From the NCBI GenBank assembly GCA_037379345.1, contig CM074519.1, positions 32,018,103 to 32,082,102 on the forward strand: 64,000 nt of DNA. The letters are read 5' to 3'. Made by a program: the position numbers and the translations under genes. Under the pieces are notes generated by a model. It had not been told where the DNA came from. It was given only the letters and a program-made list of their open reading frames with translations, and ran no database searches. This DNA is from Perna viridis. Its lineage: Eukaryota. Numbering within the stretch: position 1 is the first letter of the stretch; the number at the start of each line of letters is the position of its first letter. Of the stretch, positions 26,875-40,800 are shown in pieces.

Positions 26875-27600
26875 ATTGAGTATATTCCCGGATACTATTG
26901 AACTAGACACATGATACGATACTATTATTAAAGATTATAATCAAGCATTTGTTTACTTCCTCCAGATAAAAAAAATCTATACCACAAAGAATGCATGGCA
27001 AAGACAACTATTAACAAGAAATAGCAAGCAACGAAGACTTTTGTAAGCTCTTTTATAAACCACGAGTAAAGGAGAAAATTGATATCCCATTCAGTAAGGA
27101 AATCTACCACCATTTTCCTTTCAAATAAAAAAAAATGCTTTTGATATTAGGAAATGTCTAATATTTCTTCAACAATTATAAGTATACAAATCTCATCTTT
27201 GAGTCTTTATTCAAAAATGGAGCAATAAAGTCTGTATTCATTTTATCAACTAAGTGTAATTTCCCTTTGTATAGAAAAAGAAATTTTAACGTTGGACATG
27301 AAAAGAGATATTTAAAGGTTTTGTAAGTGATAGTCCTATTTTGTTTTGATTGTCCATTGAAGCATACAGAAATTTAAAATTTTACATTCTATACATATGT
27401 AATAAATTCATTGAAGAGTCATCTCGTGTATGTTTACTTATTAATGTTTTACAACGGTTATAATACTTCGTGTATAGGACGATGTTGAAGAGTACCACAT
27501 AAAGCTCTGTCGAAAGGTAAGAAACAGTATAATATGTAATGTAAGTAAGGGTTTTTTTTGCATTGGTTGTTTGTACATGTAAATCTGTTGTAAAAGTTAA

Positions 27601-27663
27601 CAAACATTACACAACATGACAAACATTACACAACATGACTAACATTACACAACATGACTAACA
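27601..27663. repeat. 20-bp tandem repeat x3
   Basis: (C/T)AACATTACACAACATGAC repeated. Confidence 0.9.
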
Positions 27664-27677
27664 AGTCTTATTGTTTG

Positions 27678-28990
27678 AATGATATGTGTGTCAGTCCTTC
27701 CGTTCATCGATGGTTACCAATGATTTGTGTGTCAGTCCTTCCGTTCATCGATGGTTACTAATGATTTGTGTGTCAGTCCTTCCGTTCATCGATGGTTACT
27801 AATGATATGTGTGTCAGTCCTTCCGTTCATCGATGGTTACCAATGATTTGTGTGTCAGTCCTTCCGTTCATCGATGGTTACCAATGATTTGTATGCAATT
27901 CATTCTGTTCATCGATTGTTACCAATGATTTGTGTGTTAGTCCTTCCGTTCATCGATGGTTACTAATGATTTGTATGCAATTCATTCTGTTCATCGATTG
28001 TTACCAACGATTTGTGTGTAATTCCTTCCGTTTATCGATGGTTACCAATGATTTGTGTGTTAGTCCTTCCGTTCATAGATGGTTACCAATGATTTGTGTG
28101 TTAGTCCTTCCGTTCATCGATGATTCCTAATGATTTGTATGCAATTCATTCTGTTCATCGATTGTTACCAATGATTTGTGTGTTAGTCCTTCCGTTCATC
28201 GATGGTTACTAATGATTTGTATGCAATTCATTCTGTTCATCGATTGTTACCAATGATTTGTGTGTAATTCCTTCCGTTTATCGATGGTTACCAATGATAT
28301 GTGTGTAATTCCTTCCGTTCATGGATGGTTACCAATGATTTGTGTGTTAGTCCTTCCGTTCATCGATGGTTACCAATGATTTGTGTGTAATTCATTCTGT
28401 TCATCGATTGTTACCAATGATGTGTGTGTAATTCCTTCCGTTCATAGATGGTTACCAATGATTTGCGTGTTAGTCCTTCCGTTTATCGATGGTTACCAAT
28501 GATATGTGTGTAATTCCTTCCGTTCATAGATGGTTACCAATGATTTGTGTGTAATTCCTTCCGTTCATAGATAGTTACCAATGATTTGTGTGTTAGTCCT
28601 TCCGTTCATCGATGGTTACTAATGATTTGTGTGTAACTCCTTCCGTTCATGGATGGTTACCAATGATTTGTGTGTAATTCCTTCCGTTCATAGATGGTTA
28701 CCAATGATTTGTGTGTAATTCCTTCCGTTCATCGATGGTTACCAATAATTTGTGTGTTAGTCCTTCCGTTCATCGATGGTTACCAATGATTTGTGTGTTA
28801 GTCCTTCCGTTCATCGATGGTTACCAATGATTTGTGTGTTAGTCCTTCCGTTCATTGATGGTTACCAATAATTTGTGTATGCGTCTTTCCGTTTATCGAT
28901 GGTTACCAATGATTTGTGTGTTAGTCCTTCCGTTCATCGATGGTTACCAATGATTTGTGTGCTAGTCCTTCCGTTCATCGATGGTTACCA
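27678..28990. repeat. 41-bp minisatellite, ~32 copies, several unit variants
   Basis: Consensus AATGATTTGTGTGTTAGTCCTTCCGTTCATCGATGGTTACC with exact 41-bp periodicity (27678, 27719, 27760...) and no spacers. Confidence 0.97.
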
Positions 28991-29257
28991 TTACATGTAT
29001 ATATGTTAAACTTTAATATGTCTATGTTACATTTTAGTTGGAGATGCAAGTCTGGCGTAATTATCTTGATTATTATACATATTTTAAAAAGAGGTGGGTT
29101 CCAGAATAAAAGGGGGAGGCCCAAGGTATCATTTGTTTATTTAAGACATTTGTGTGCGTGAAATTAACTAAACCCCACCCAAAAAAAAAAAAATTAAAAA
29201 AAGGGGAGTCCAACCCCTGGAATCTTCCCTGCTCGATCCGCCTATGTAAAACAGTAT

Positions 29258-29611
29258 TTAGGTCTCTAAAAAAAAGCTTCTACATTCATTAAGAAAAGTG
29301 GTGCTCTTTTGAAACTGAAAACAGTTATCAACATCCTTCACAGATAGGGGTGGGATATCACTTGATTCTAATATTTTCCAATCAGATTTTATTGAGCTAA
29401 TGTTCAGTTCTGTAAATGTGTTTTTCACATAGTCGTCACAATCAGATTCTACACCAGAAGTCAAATGTATATATACCCGGTTCACAAGTATATCTTTTGC
29501 TCCACCTATTTTCAAATCTCATGCTCTGAGCCATTCTTTCAAATCTTTCACCTTCCAACTTCCAAGTTCCTGGACAGAAGGGTGGCACTCTATATCAGAA
29601 TCACTTGACAT
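29258..29611 (-). pseudogene. SAP-domain-containing coding remnant, probably transposon-derived
   Basis: Acceptor TTCCAG|ATG, then ..LGSWKVKDLKEWLRA*DLKIGGAKDILVNRV.. (SAP motif with an internal TGA at 29519-29521), continuing in frame to W..IPPLSVKDVDNCF. Truncated next to a ..GATCCGCCTATG MITE end (~29245). Confidence 0.65.
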
Positions 29612-31993
29612 CTGGAATAGATAAGGAAATAGTAAATAGCTTTCAAGTTGTCTCAGCCTTAAAACACCTTGGATATAGTATTTGTCATCCCTCTTATACC
29701 TCAGCAATTTTTATCATATTAATTGAAATACAAAATAGGTGTATGGAGGAGGTGACTTGCTCCGGATACAAACCTGTAGAAAGTAGATATTTATAACAAC
29801 ATAAGGCTACGAAAATAAACAGAGCAAGGTCCCTCAGCCCCTATTACCCTAATCCCTCAAAGTATTATTTAAACTGATGTCTTCTTGTCCTTGTTTCCAT
29901 TTGACGATTTATCGCACTCGGCAATCTGTTCAGACTGAGGTAGTCACGAATGTTACGTCTACCAAATTTGTTATTTTTGCAAAAAAAAAAAAAAACAACC
30001 CAAAAAGAACAATTAATATTACACAGAGTTTCGATAAGCAATGGTACAAATATGGTGTGTATTTCTACTTACCACGAAAAGTTACTACTGAGCCTAAACT
30101 GAAGCTATTCTTTTGGGATTCTGCTACAGTTTCACATCATCGACAGTCATCTTAACTGATCTGAACTCCCCGGAAGTTACTATTGGTGCATAAGTAACTG
30201 CCGGTACAAACTCGGAAAAGCATCCGGAAAAAACATTGCGGAACAGATCTATTGTCAATGCACGCTTTAAATATTTTATGTTGTTAACTGGTTAATGTAA
30301 GCAATAGAATTCAGTCATAACTGAATCAAAAACAAAATACTAGAACAATGTCAAAGCTGATTATTTTATGGAGTCTGTTTATACAAGTTTCTATATATTT
30401 TGAACAAAATACAAACGTCAGTGACCAACTTCATTATTGAAAGTAATTTTACGAGACTTCATTTACATTTATTCTGAAAATAAGTTATAATAAAAAGGAG
30501 CACGAACAATTAACATTTATTTACTTCTCTAAACCAAACAATAGTGTCAATTCAAATTAAAGTTTGTAACAGTATTTAAAATGTATTTTAAGGTAGTTTT
30601 AATTTGTATTTTATGGCTATTTCCCTAGGATAATTTTAGCAAGTAATTCAGTTTAAATGATTTTGTTTTGTTACAACTAAGACATCTACCACTTTTATTT
30701 CTAAAATTCAATTAACAAATCATTTCTAAAGACTAGTGTGCAACTCAATGGAATGCTGTTTTAAGAGCTGGAGTCGATCCCAGTAAAACTCCCCTAAAAT
30801 GAAAATTGAAGCTAGATACTAAAACATAGTCATGGTTATACAAAGAACATAAAAAAGAATATATATTACATCATTGTTTGTTACCCTTACATATGTGCTA
30901 TTTAATTCTTTGTCATTTAGATGCTTTGAATTTGTGGCTTTTTCGCATTATTAACTTCTTGTGGCTCCATCCACCACAAGAAATAATAGGCGTAATACCA
31001 CTATTTCATGTCCCCATTACTTTCTGTATTATGTTCAGCTATTTATATATATTTAAGACTCATTTCACATTAGTACATATGGTGCTGTAGGGGTTTCATT
31101 CTGATGGGCATCCCATGAAAATATCAACATACCTTATGTGCCGTCTAAGAAAGAACGGTGATTAAAAGTGAAAGTAGACAGGTGCAGAAATCACTACTTT
31201 CATTTTGAAATTTAGCTATCTTTTTGTTCAGAATTTATTAACCCTATACTGAAAAAAGAAAATGAAGATTTTAGAATACTGCTGATTCATCGAGCTTTCG
31301 GATGACACCCAGTTTGTATACCTCTACTAAACTAAGAGAATAATAGGGTGCAATAATTGGACTATTTCCTTTCATTCTAAACTACTTTCTTGCGCAGGCT
31401 ACTGGTTCCTGGAATAGTGGTATTACACCAATAAAATTAGACCGGAAGCGTTATTATCTTCCCCTGAGTAGCCCACGTCATATCCTGTAAACGAAAAAGG
31501 GAGATTATAGGGGAGATCGTACTGTTTTCTGTATGTTGTTTTCCTTTAGATTTTGCACATTGTTTGTTCTTTGTGATGTCTGAAATTTTCTCTGCTACAC
31601 CTTTGTTCAGTGAATGATAGTTTTGTACCATATGAACGATACTTTCTCCTTTGGTTCAGCTGTCAAGTGGACTGATACCCAATGTGGGCACAATGGTGAC
31701 ACATTAGAACAGATACATGGTAAAGTAAATATGCAGATATTTTGGTACAGCAATGATTCGTTGTGGAATACGTTTAATTAATTTTAATGGGGCTTTCGAC
31801 AATCGGTTTTTCTTCATAGCCTTGTAGATTTAGTTTAAGCAACATTAATATAGTTTATTGGATTTTATCTTGTCAGTTCAAATTTTGTCTCTATTATATC
31901 GGTTACTTCTTTTCGAAATGTTTTAAAATTTAGCAATCCGTTTCCACCTCCTGAGTCAATTCCCCATTGCATATTGCCGCATTCCGCATTCCA

Positions 31994-32262
31994 TTTAGAA
32001 GAGTTCCGGTTCTCCAAATAATAAACACCCCCCCCCCCCCAAAAAAAAAAAACAAAAAAAAAACAACCAGATTCCCCTTAAAAGAGTTCCCTTCTCCATA
32101 TAAAAAAACACATTCCCCTTAGAAGAGTTCCCGTTCCCTATATAAAAAAAAATTCCTTTACAAGAGTTTCCGTTCTCCAAATAACAAAAACATTCCCCTT
32201 AGAAGAGTTCCCGTTCTCCATATAAAAACACATTCCCCTTTGAAGAGTTCCCGTTCTTCAAA
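31994..32262. repeat. ~40-bp tandem repeat, about 5-6 copies
   Basis: ATTCCCCTTAGAAGAGTTCCCGTTCTCCA(A/T)ATAAAAAAC units with A-run length variation. Confidence 0.85.
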
Positions 32263-34887
32263 TAAAATAAAATAATATTTGCGGTACGTAAGTTTTGAGC
32301 TATTTTAGTTGCAGTCTGATATCGTCTATCTGTTTAGCTGAACTTGAAATTATTTATGTGCTAGTAGATGCTGGTAAAAATTTCCATCACATAGGACTGT
32401 TTTTGAAATTTGGTTTGAAGCTTCGAATTCGTGCCATTGAGTTGAATATTGTTAGTAATATTTGGTTGCTTCCCGATATCAACTTCCTGTTTAGCGGAGT
32501 AGATGTATACATATTACGAGAACGCATGTATTTTTATGATTATCATATATTTGACGTTAAATGTCTTGATTTCGGTTGAGTTTTATCGATTTGAAAAGAT
32601 CCGCGGTTTAAATGCTAGTACCGGTTTTTATTTCAACAAAGGTTGTGAGTGACATTATGGTCTCTGAATTTTTTTTAGGTTTTTTCGTGAATGTGACGGA
32701 AGGCGCTGCTGGAACAGGACAATATTACCCTTCCGGCGCACCTGTGATGTCACTTCCAGTTTTTTGTGGGAGTTCATAATGCTGGTGCTTTAGCTTTTGT
32801 GCGAGGTTTTGTTTTCCTTATCCTGTGTTTTTATATGTAACAGAATATTCTACTCTGTTCTCTACATTGTGTATGTGTTCACGTTCAGTGCGTCATTTCA
32901 CAAAGCTTACGCGAGACTTACGTGCACGTCTAAATGGTTTGTTAAGGATTTGTGTGTACGCAAATCTGATGAGTGCTTTGTGAATCGATGTCCTGGTCAT
33001 ATACTTAGATATTGTTAATGATTCGGTATTTCTTTCCGAGCATATTGTATTCTAAAGAGTTGTAAATATTTTCCTGGTGATTTGTGTCTTCTTGTAGCTT
33101 CACTTGTAAGTCGGAGATAAATATTTTTTTAAACTTCGTGTTTCATTGTTCCTTTTCTTTGAAATAATCAAAATTAAAAAAGGTCATCCTCTGTTTCAGA
33201 TGAACTTTAGATGATATTCTTTAAAACAGACAAAAAGTGAAACATTAATTTAACATATACTGAATAATTGAAGTATAATTGTGGTTATATGTATGAACGA
33301 ATCTGTAAAACAGATATTTGGTTAGGCTTTGAATTTATGTATTATGTAACATGGCGCATAGATGTATTTAATCTAATGAAACGTATTTCTTTGAAGAATT
33401 TTGTTCTGGTTTTAACCGTTTTACAGAACGCTAATGTTAAAAATGTTTATCAAGTAGTTGGTAAGTCTTGGGTTGCCAGTAATGTGGTGTTTTGAATCGA
33501 ATAACAAAATTATGGCATAATGTTAGAATGCATATCAGAATTACATAAATATAACGGTAGCGACAAAGCCAATGTTGTTAAATAGATTGATTCAGATATT
33601 GTATTACTTTCCTAATTGTCCAAGACGTATTTTACGAATACGCTGCGACGGCGCAACGATTTTTACTAAGATTGGCAAAATAAAATAAAGCCGATATAAA
33701 GACCTAGCTTTAATGAGCTTACTACCCGTATCAACATATGTATAATCTGTAGGCACATACAGTGCATAACAAAAACAAATAACATCGACAGTTATACATA
33801 GTATACATCCACTGTTCTAATCAGAAAAAAAAACCATTCGTGACCGAATAACGTAAGCGTTCTTTAATACAATGACGTCACAGCTTACGCGCGATTTAAT
33901 GTTTGTGTAATTCGACCACTGGCTGTTCTGTAGTAAGGCAATACACTCCTTTGGTACTATAGACGTGGAAGTTTTCGAGGCAAAATAATTTCTTATGCAA
34001 AATTAAATGGTTAGACGAAGAAATTATTCCCTTTCCCGATTTCTTTATGTAATGCATAGTTACGTCATAATTATTCATTTAAATATTTTCTTCAAAAAGA
34101 AATTTGAAGCAATGCATTATTACCACAGAATTGTGAGTGAAACTGAACAAACCACTAATTACTTAACTGAAAGCGTTTTTAATCAAGAATTTCCACATCT
34201 ATAGCCTTAAACTTTTACAAAACATTCATAACGATATTTTTGAGTCACAGTTGCAATGAGTATGTTACAAGTCTTACGGGGCTTGGGACTCCTCCTAAAA
34301 GATAACAGTTTGGCAGTGAAATTCATGAGCATAATATTTATAAAATTAAAAATATTGTTAACAATAATGACAATAAATAAACACAAAATATGTACAGTGT
34401 CCAATTTACATGGCAACAGCGTAGATTTAAACAATTAATACGATGGTCCGATTTTACACATTAGTATACATTTGTAGATAACTATAAAAACGGCATAGAT
34501 TCTGTCAATTGGATCTACCTTTTTAAAGAGAACTATTTCGTTCAGTTCACTTTTTCAGAGACAAAATAGCACTATAAGTAGGTACATTGTAACAGGTTTA
34601 TCTATTTTATCACATAAGGTCACAACCTCTTCCCATCATTCCTAGTTTGACGAATGTATACTTCCTCTAATGAGCAAGGGCGATAATCGTTCAAATTGCA
34701 ACAAGTGATGAGTTGTCAAACGGAACGTCCAATTGCGTAGATATATAACGTCATTTCCTTCGGAGTCTAATACCGAAAGGACGTGAGCAGTTTCTTTTTC
34801 TCGTTTGTGTTGGTTGACTAGTAAAGACTAGTTTTAATATCAGAAAAATATTTGCGATGATAGAGAAATTTCATCAAGTGCAATAGT

Positions 34888-37800
34888 TCAGACGTGATTA
34901 TTGTTCATAACGTCTACAGCGGGCATAATCATCATTTCGACGAATTTCAGTGATGAGTGAGTATGAATGGTATTCCACTGAATACCATTTCTGCGAAAGA
35001 AGTCATTATGCTCGCCCTCTTTGTAGTATCGCCCATTAAGATTTGATTCAAAGCAGTCTGAATACCACCACCCACCACGATAATGTACTGCGCAATTATT
35101 TATAGATCGTCTATCGTTGTCACGGTCGAACGTGCTAAATTCCATTCCGTTGTGGTCGTCGCGTATCGTTGTCATTGAGTCACCTGCGTTGCCATGGTAA
35201 CGCGAGATATGCAGACGATAATTCTCCCTCTCGCTTTCTATCCTGAAACTGTCATATATTGCGTAGTATTTGTTCCCGTTCCATTCTTCCATATCAATTC
35301 GTAGTTTGTAGCTACCTGAAAAACCAACAAAATTGTAAATTCGTTATCAGCACTAAAGTCAGTCCCCTAAAAGACCAACGGCAAACACTATTTAAAGAAA
35401 AATTAATCATACTAGTGTATCAAAGCTTATGAATGGCTTCATTCAGATTGTAAAGTATCAATAGATAAATTGTTAAAGCAAGTCTTTTGAAAACAACTCA
35501 TGTAAACAATTTGTACACGATGTACATTAAACAGGGACAATAGATATAACTTTCTATACTAAAACGCAACCTACATTTAAAGATTTTATAATTAAAATCT
35601 AACAGGATATGTAGTAAACTCGATTTCTATTCTTTTGAAGGAAGGAATGGTCTTTAGAATAAACCAATGTCAGCGCGAAGATACCCAATCCAGAGGAAAG
35701 GGCCTCCTAGGGTAGAAGTTAATGTACTTAAAGTTGACGCAGACGGAAACAGTATTTATGATGAGGATTTTGACCCGAATTTCTGTCACTGCTATCCGCA
35801 AACAAGTAGCAAAAGACTGCCTTCTATGATTTACGATGAGCTAAAGTGTGATCATGAACAGTCTACGTATATTCAACCAGCTCAAAAATCTGTGTTTACT
35901 TATCCCTGGACTGCCAACACAGTAGCTGGAAGGGAGGAATTATTTGACGACAGAGATTCCCTAAAAAGCGGTAAATTAAGTGTCATTGCGGAAGAAGCTG
36001 ATGTTCACGTGACAAGAACAGCGCCGCCATTTGCAAGCCCAACAAAAACAAACGAAAGAACGAGAGTACCATATTCCGCTCCTATAGACCCAAGTCGTTG
36101 GGAGAGTCATGGACCAGATTTTAGGAGGGCACATTCGGAGAACCGACTTTACACAGGAGGTAGACCAAGGACTTTAGATTCAAGGGAATTTCAAGGAAAA
36201 TACGTCGACCCAAGTAAGTGTATAATTGAGAATAACTTCATACATTAATTCATGTTTATGCGTTTACTTTATAGCAGATTTTGGACTTTTTTGTTTTGAT
36301 TTTAAGTGTAGTGTATTAATAAATTATCTGTATTATGGAATAGTGCAAATGAACTCAGACCTAAGAAAACAAGTGTCTCAATACTACTTACTGGTCGTTT
36401 ATCTTCATGTATCAAAGTGAACAAGGACAGCCTTTAAAAGCTACCTAACTAGTTAGTCTTTTATTAAAGTAGGGAGTACACGATATGATTGGAGCAAAAC
36501 AATGAAATAATATTTTAAGTACAATTATGTGAAAGTTGTAACATCTCTTCGTTAACTCAAAATAATGTTTTCCTTTGTTCCATTTAGAGGATGGTCAAGT
36601 GTACAAATTTAATGTCAACTATGGAAAGAAGAATGTAAGAGCTTTCAGAGAAGCGGACAACACAATAAGAGCATCCCCTAATGAGTTCAGATGACCTGCA
36701 TTGTCTGCAAAGGGAAAAGTTGACTAAGAAACACTAAAGGGGACAGATGGTGTCTTTGATATGTAACTCATTGCAGCATTACAACATGTGCTCAATTCCA
36801 TATATCTATGATGTTCATTTTAACATGAAAATCTTTTTTTATCTTTTCCAACTTCCGATAATATTGAGATTTCTTGTATAGGAAGTACGTTTTTAAATAA
36901 CTTGAAGTTTGTTTGCACCATATAGAAGATTCTAATAAATGTCTAACTTAGAACTTGTATAGTGAATCTTTGCGCCCAAGGGTATGTTAAACATTTCTTT
37001 TCCAACTACATACAACTTTTCAATTACTTACCTTGAGTAGTTAGTTGATGGATATGATTGTTGCCTAACCAGAATTCGCCATTCTGATCCCCAAAGCCAT
37101 GTTTATAATCATGCCAACTTCTGTAAAAGTCAACGGATCCGTCCTGCCTGCGCTGGAACACTGTCCAACCTGAAAGTTATAGAAAAAGTGTTAAAACTAC
37201 AATCATGGACATTAACGCGTAATCAAAAGTCTTTATAGAACGCAGATTATGTCTTGGGTAAACATACAACTAAAAGCTTTTGAAATGATACGTCTGTAGT
37301 ACTCTAACTTTAATTTTCATCAGCTCATTATTAAATGGTAGTTCAATGTGTGCTAAAAGCTAGAGCGTCGTCCAACAATTGTGAATTGTATTAGGTTTGA
37401 TCCGGATACAAAACTTACCTGTTCCGTTAACGACTTTGCACAACACTTTGAAAGGTTTCTTGGCCTTGTCCGGTTTAATTTTGATGTAGTAATCACCTTC
37501 GTATTTCATTCCTCCAGATTTGTGAACCTCGTCACAATCTGAAACACAAGAATTAGAAACATTAGAGTCATCGCCCTTTGAACAACCATTTCGCGATACA
37601 TCATAAAATCGGAAAAAGCTAGCGATTATGCCAAACATAATAATTAAAAAAATATATTTGTACTTGGGCATAAATGAATAATTCTGGAAAAAATTAAAAC
37701 AGGTACTTACATCAAGGAGTCGATAATTATTTTCAAACGAGATTGCCGATGATAATAGGTATTTATACATTTTCGTCGCATTAGATTATTAAAAAGACCG

Positions 37801-40800
37801 AGATGAGTAGCAATTTCAATCACTTCATACGAATCATATCTTTATTCTCCTAATCTAAAGAGTTTCTAAATTATCTATTCATTCTATTCAACTGACGCAA
37901 AACCTTTAAGTTTCAAAGGTTGAATTAAATTAGGATTTTACGCCTAGAACTTTATTCACTCAGTAAACATACGGGAAAAGGCAACAAAATCTTGTTTTGC
38001 CAACCATCAATTAATACAGCTTATCACTTATTCATGTATAGTACGTTTGAGAGTGACCGTCATGCAGGTCGGGGTCACGGCTTTGGCAAATGACCAATAA
38101 ACAAGGTATAAAGCGAACTGGTACAGCGCGTACCGCAATAACATTATAAAATATGACGTGTTTTAAATAAACTATGATGATGGGAAAAAATGAGTATGAT
38201 CACCGACTCTGATCTTCCCATCTTCTGCCAAGGATGTCATTCACAGTTTATCAAAATACTTATAACAATCGATGTTCAAATAGAGACCACTGTGTATAGT
38301 AGCAGTTTGCAGGGTTCTTTAAGTAGTAGTCTTTGTAAGAATCATGCAAAATCTGAAAAATGTGATACACCCCAAAAAATGCTAGGTATTTTTATTTTCG
38401 TAATTAAGTTGTTTTATGGGTCTTTATTATGAAATATGTAATTATTCATTCCAATCGGTCTGCTCTTAGAAGATAATCAACATTGAAAATCCAATAGATT
38501 CTATTGTATTTGAGTGTCATTTACATAGTTCTCTCCCTTATTTTTGAAATCTACATTGCATTCTATGTAATTTTTATCTCCTAAGAACACGCGTTATATC
38601 ACTAACCAAATTTCTGGTTAATTTCTGTTAATGGCAATTCAAACAAAATATCAAAAATAAAAATATGTAGGCTTTTCATCCATGAATCACATTTTGCATG
38701 ATTCTTAGCTGGAGTGCTACTTAAATATCTAAACCAAAATAAACCTGCAGCAAAACACTTTCATATTACAAAACATTAAAAAAATATTATGGACCAAATA
38801 AATTGGCGATCTTTTATGCAGTTAAAAATATGTATATGTTTTAAAGAACCTCTTCTTTTTCACGATAATTAACTATATCCTGAATATCACAGTGCAACTG
38901 TATTACGGATCTGTCATAGCAATAATTATGGTTAACATTTTTGTGGCTAACCACAACTAGTCAAAGAAGAAAAACTCAAAACATTTAATGTAACCATTAG
39001 CTAATTATATCGATTGAAACTCAAGTTTGTGATAATAATGCAAAGAATTGAATAAAAGGCTAAACAAAAGTGACGAATGGCAGGAATGCTCAAGACACCT
39101 GCAAACTGATACACAATGAAAAGAATGAGTAAATTTTCCGAAAATATCAACAAGAATGTTTTCTTAATGAAAGACAAACAGTTCTATAACCACAAATGTA
39201 TAGTATCGTATCTCCATCCACCAATTGCACTTAAAAGCCCAGATATCAGAGTGCGGTAATCCCATGGGAACCAATTACACCCCTCGTTGTGGTAAATCAA
39301 TACTTTAAAATCGATATGAAACGCCATGATTATCTTTCTTATCTTGGTGAGTGACATATAATTCATAAAATAGCAAAGGTTTTTCATACATTTTGCATGT
39401 CTGCAAATTAAATAAGTTATAAAACGGTATTTGTTTGGTTTATATGCATGACGGTGCGTGTGGTCGCCCCTTGGAAGGCCCAGTTATCAAAAATAGTAAG
39501 ACTAGTTTGGCAAAACAGGTAGTTATAAAGTAAAATGAAATAAGGCTACGAAAAACGAACTTTGCGTCATTGCACCTTTACAAGTGCTTTGGAAAAATGA
39601 TTATGGTTTACTCACGATTGACCATTCTGTTTCCTATATTCACCACAAACTTTTTGGGTGCGAGGAAATTATATTGAGTTTCCGTTGTTCAAATTTTCCA
39701 ACAAGGGTCATCGCACTCATGCTTCTAAATTATGAGGTAATTAAGTCGACCGCTCATGCATGGGGATGTAAACAAATTGTTATACATTACTACAAGGACG
39801 AAAACATTGGATAATTTTATTCTGTGTAATGTTTCCCTTACTTCATCAACTTAATCATAAGTACTCTCCTATGACCACAAGTGTTTTGTAGGGAAACATC
39901 GTTTGTTTTAAGTGTTACGAACTAAAGAGCATTATCTTAAGTCGTATCTGACCCGTATCTGATCATTTGTTCTCGCTTAATTGTAATTTCAACACATTTA
40001 AGATCAATTAGATTTGAATCCTAGGAATAAAGCCAAATTATAATGGCGTCAGATTTTATAGAAGTGCTTGAAGCTTCCTAAAATTGTAATCTGACGTTCA
40101 TTACTAGTGAAGGCTGTTACAAATATACACTCTGACAAGGAGCAACAAGAAACCACTTTATAAGAGTAAGGCTGTCGAATGGAGTTGTCTGATGTTATCT
40201 AAGTGATTAATTTTATTTGATGAATTTTGAAAAAAAATCTGATAAAAGTTTCAATGTTGAATATATTATGTCAAGGTAAATGCAATAGAACATCAATCGG
40301 TTTTAAGCGTAATTCTCGCGTGCATTTAGTGTTAAAAAGCAATCGTTATTTTTAAACGAAGGCAGATATATCCTTTCTTGCGACTTACATGTATATGCAT
40401 GTATGGATATATTGCGAGAAAAAATTCTCGCTTCGAGTGACAAGCGAGAAATCCACGACTTACAAAACTCTACATCCATTCCTGGTAGTATTAAATATCG
40501 TGGACTAAAGCAAAATATGAAGTAAACCATTACTAGAAAGAAACAAACTGCTCGCGTAAAAAAATCGAACACCCGAAACACTTAAGGTTATTCAGTAAGC
40601 AGACTGATATCACCAACAACCGGCGAACTGTTTTCCCTAGGACAAATGCCAACAACGACATCTAATGGTATCCCTAGATCAACATCAGAACCTACAAAGT
40701 GTTTGCATAAACAACCTCTCTACAGGTTTTCTTAGCATTCCAACTGTATCAAATGATTCCGCCATATACTCTAATCTTGTGCAATAGACGGAACAAGCAA

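Noticed and set aside
27678-28990. CRISPR-like regular repeat array
   Set aside because: Units are contiguous with no unique spacers, the context is eukaryotic and there are no cas genes; it is a minisatellite.
29519-29521. Selenocysteine or read-through at the in-frame TGA
   Set aside because: This SAP position is normally Arg (CGA), so CpG decay is the simpler explanation; the ORF is also truncated downstream.
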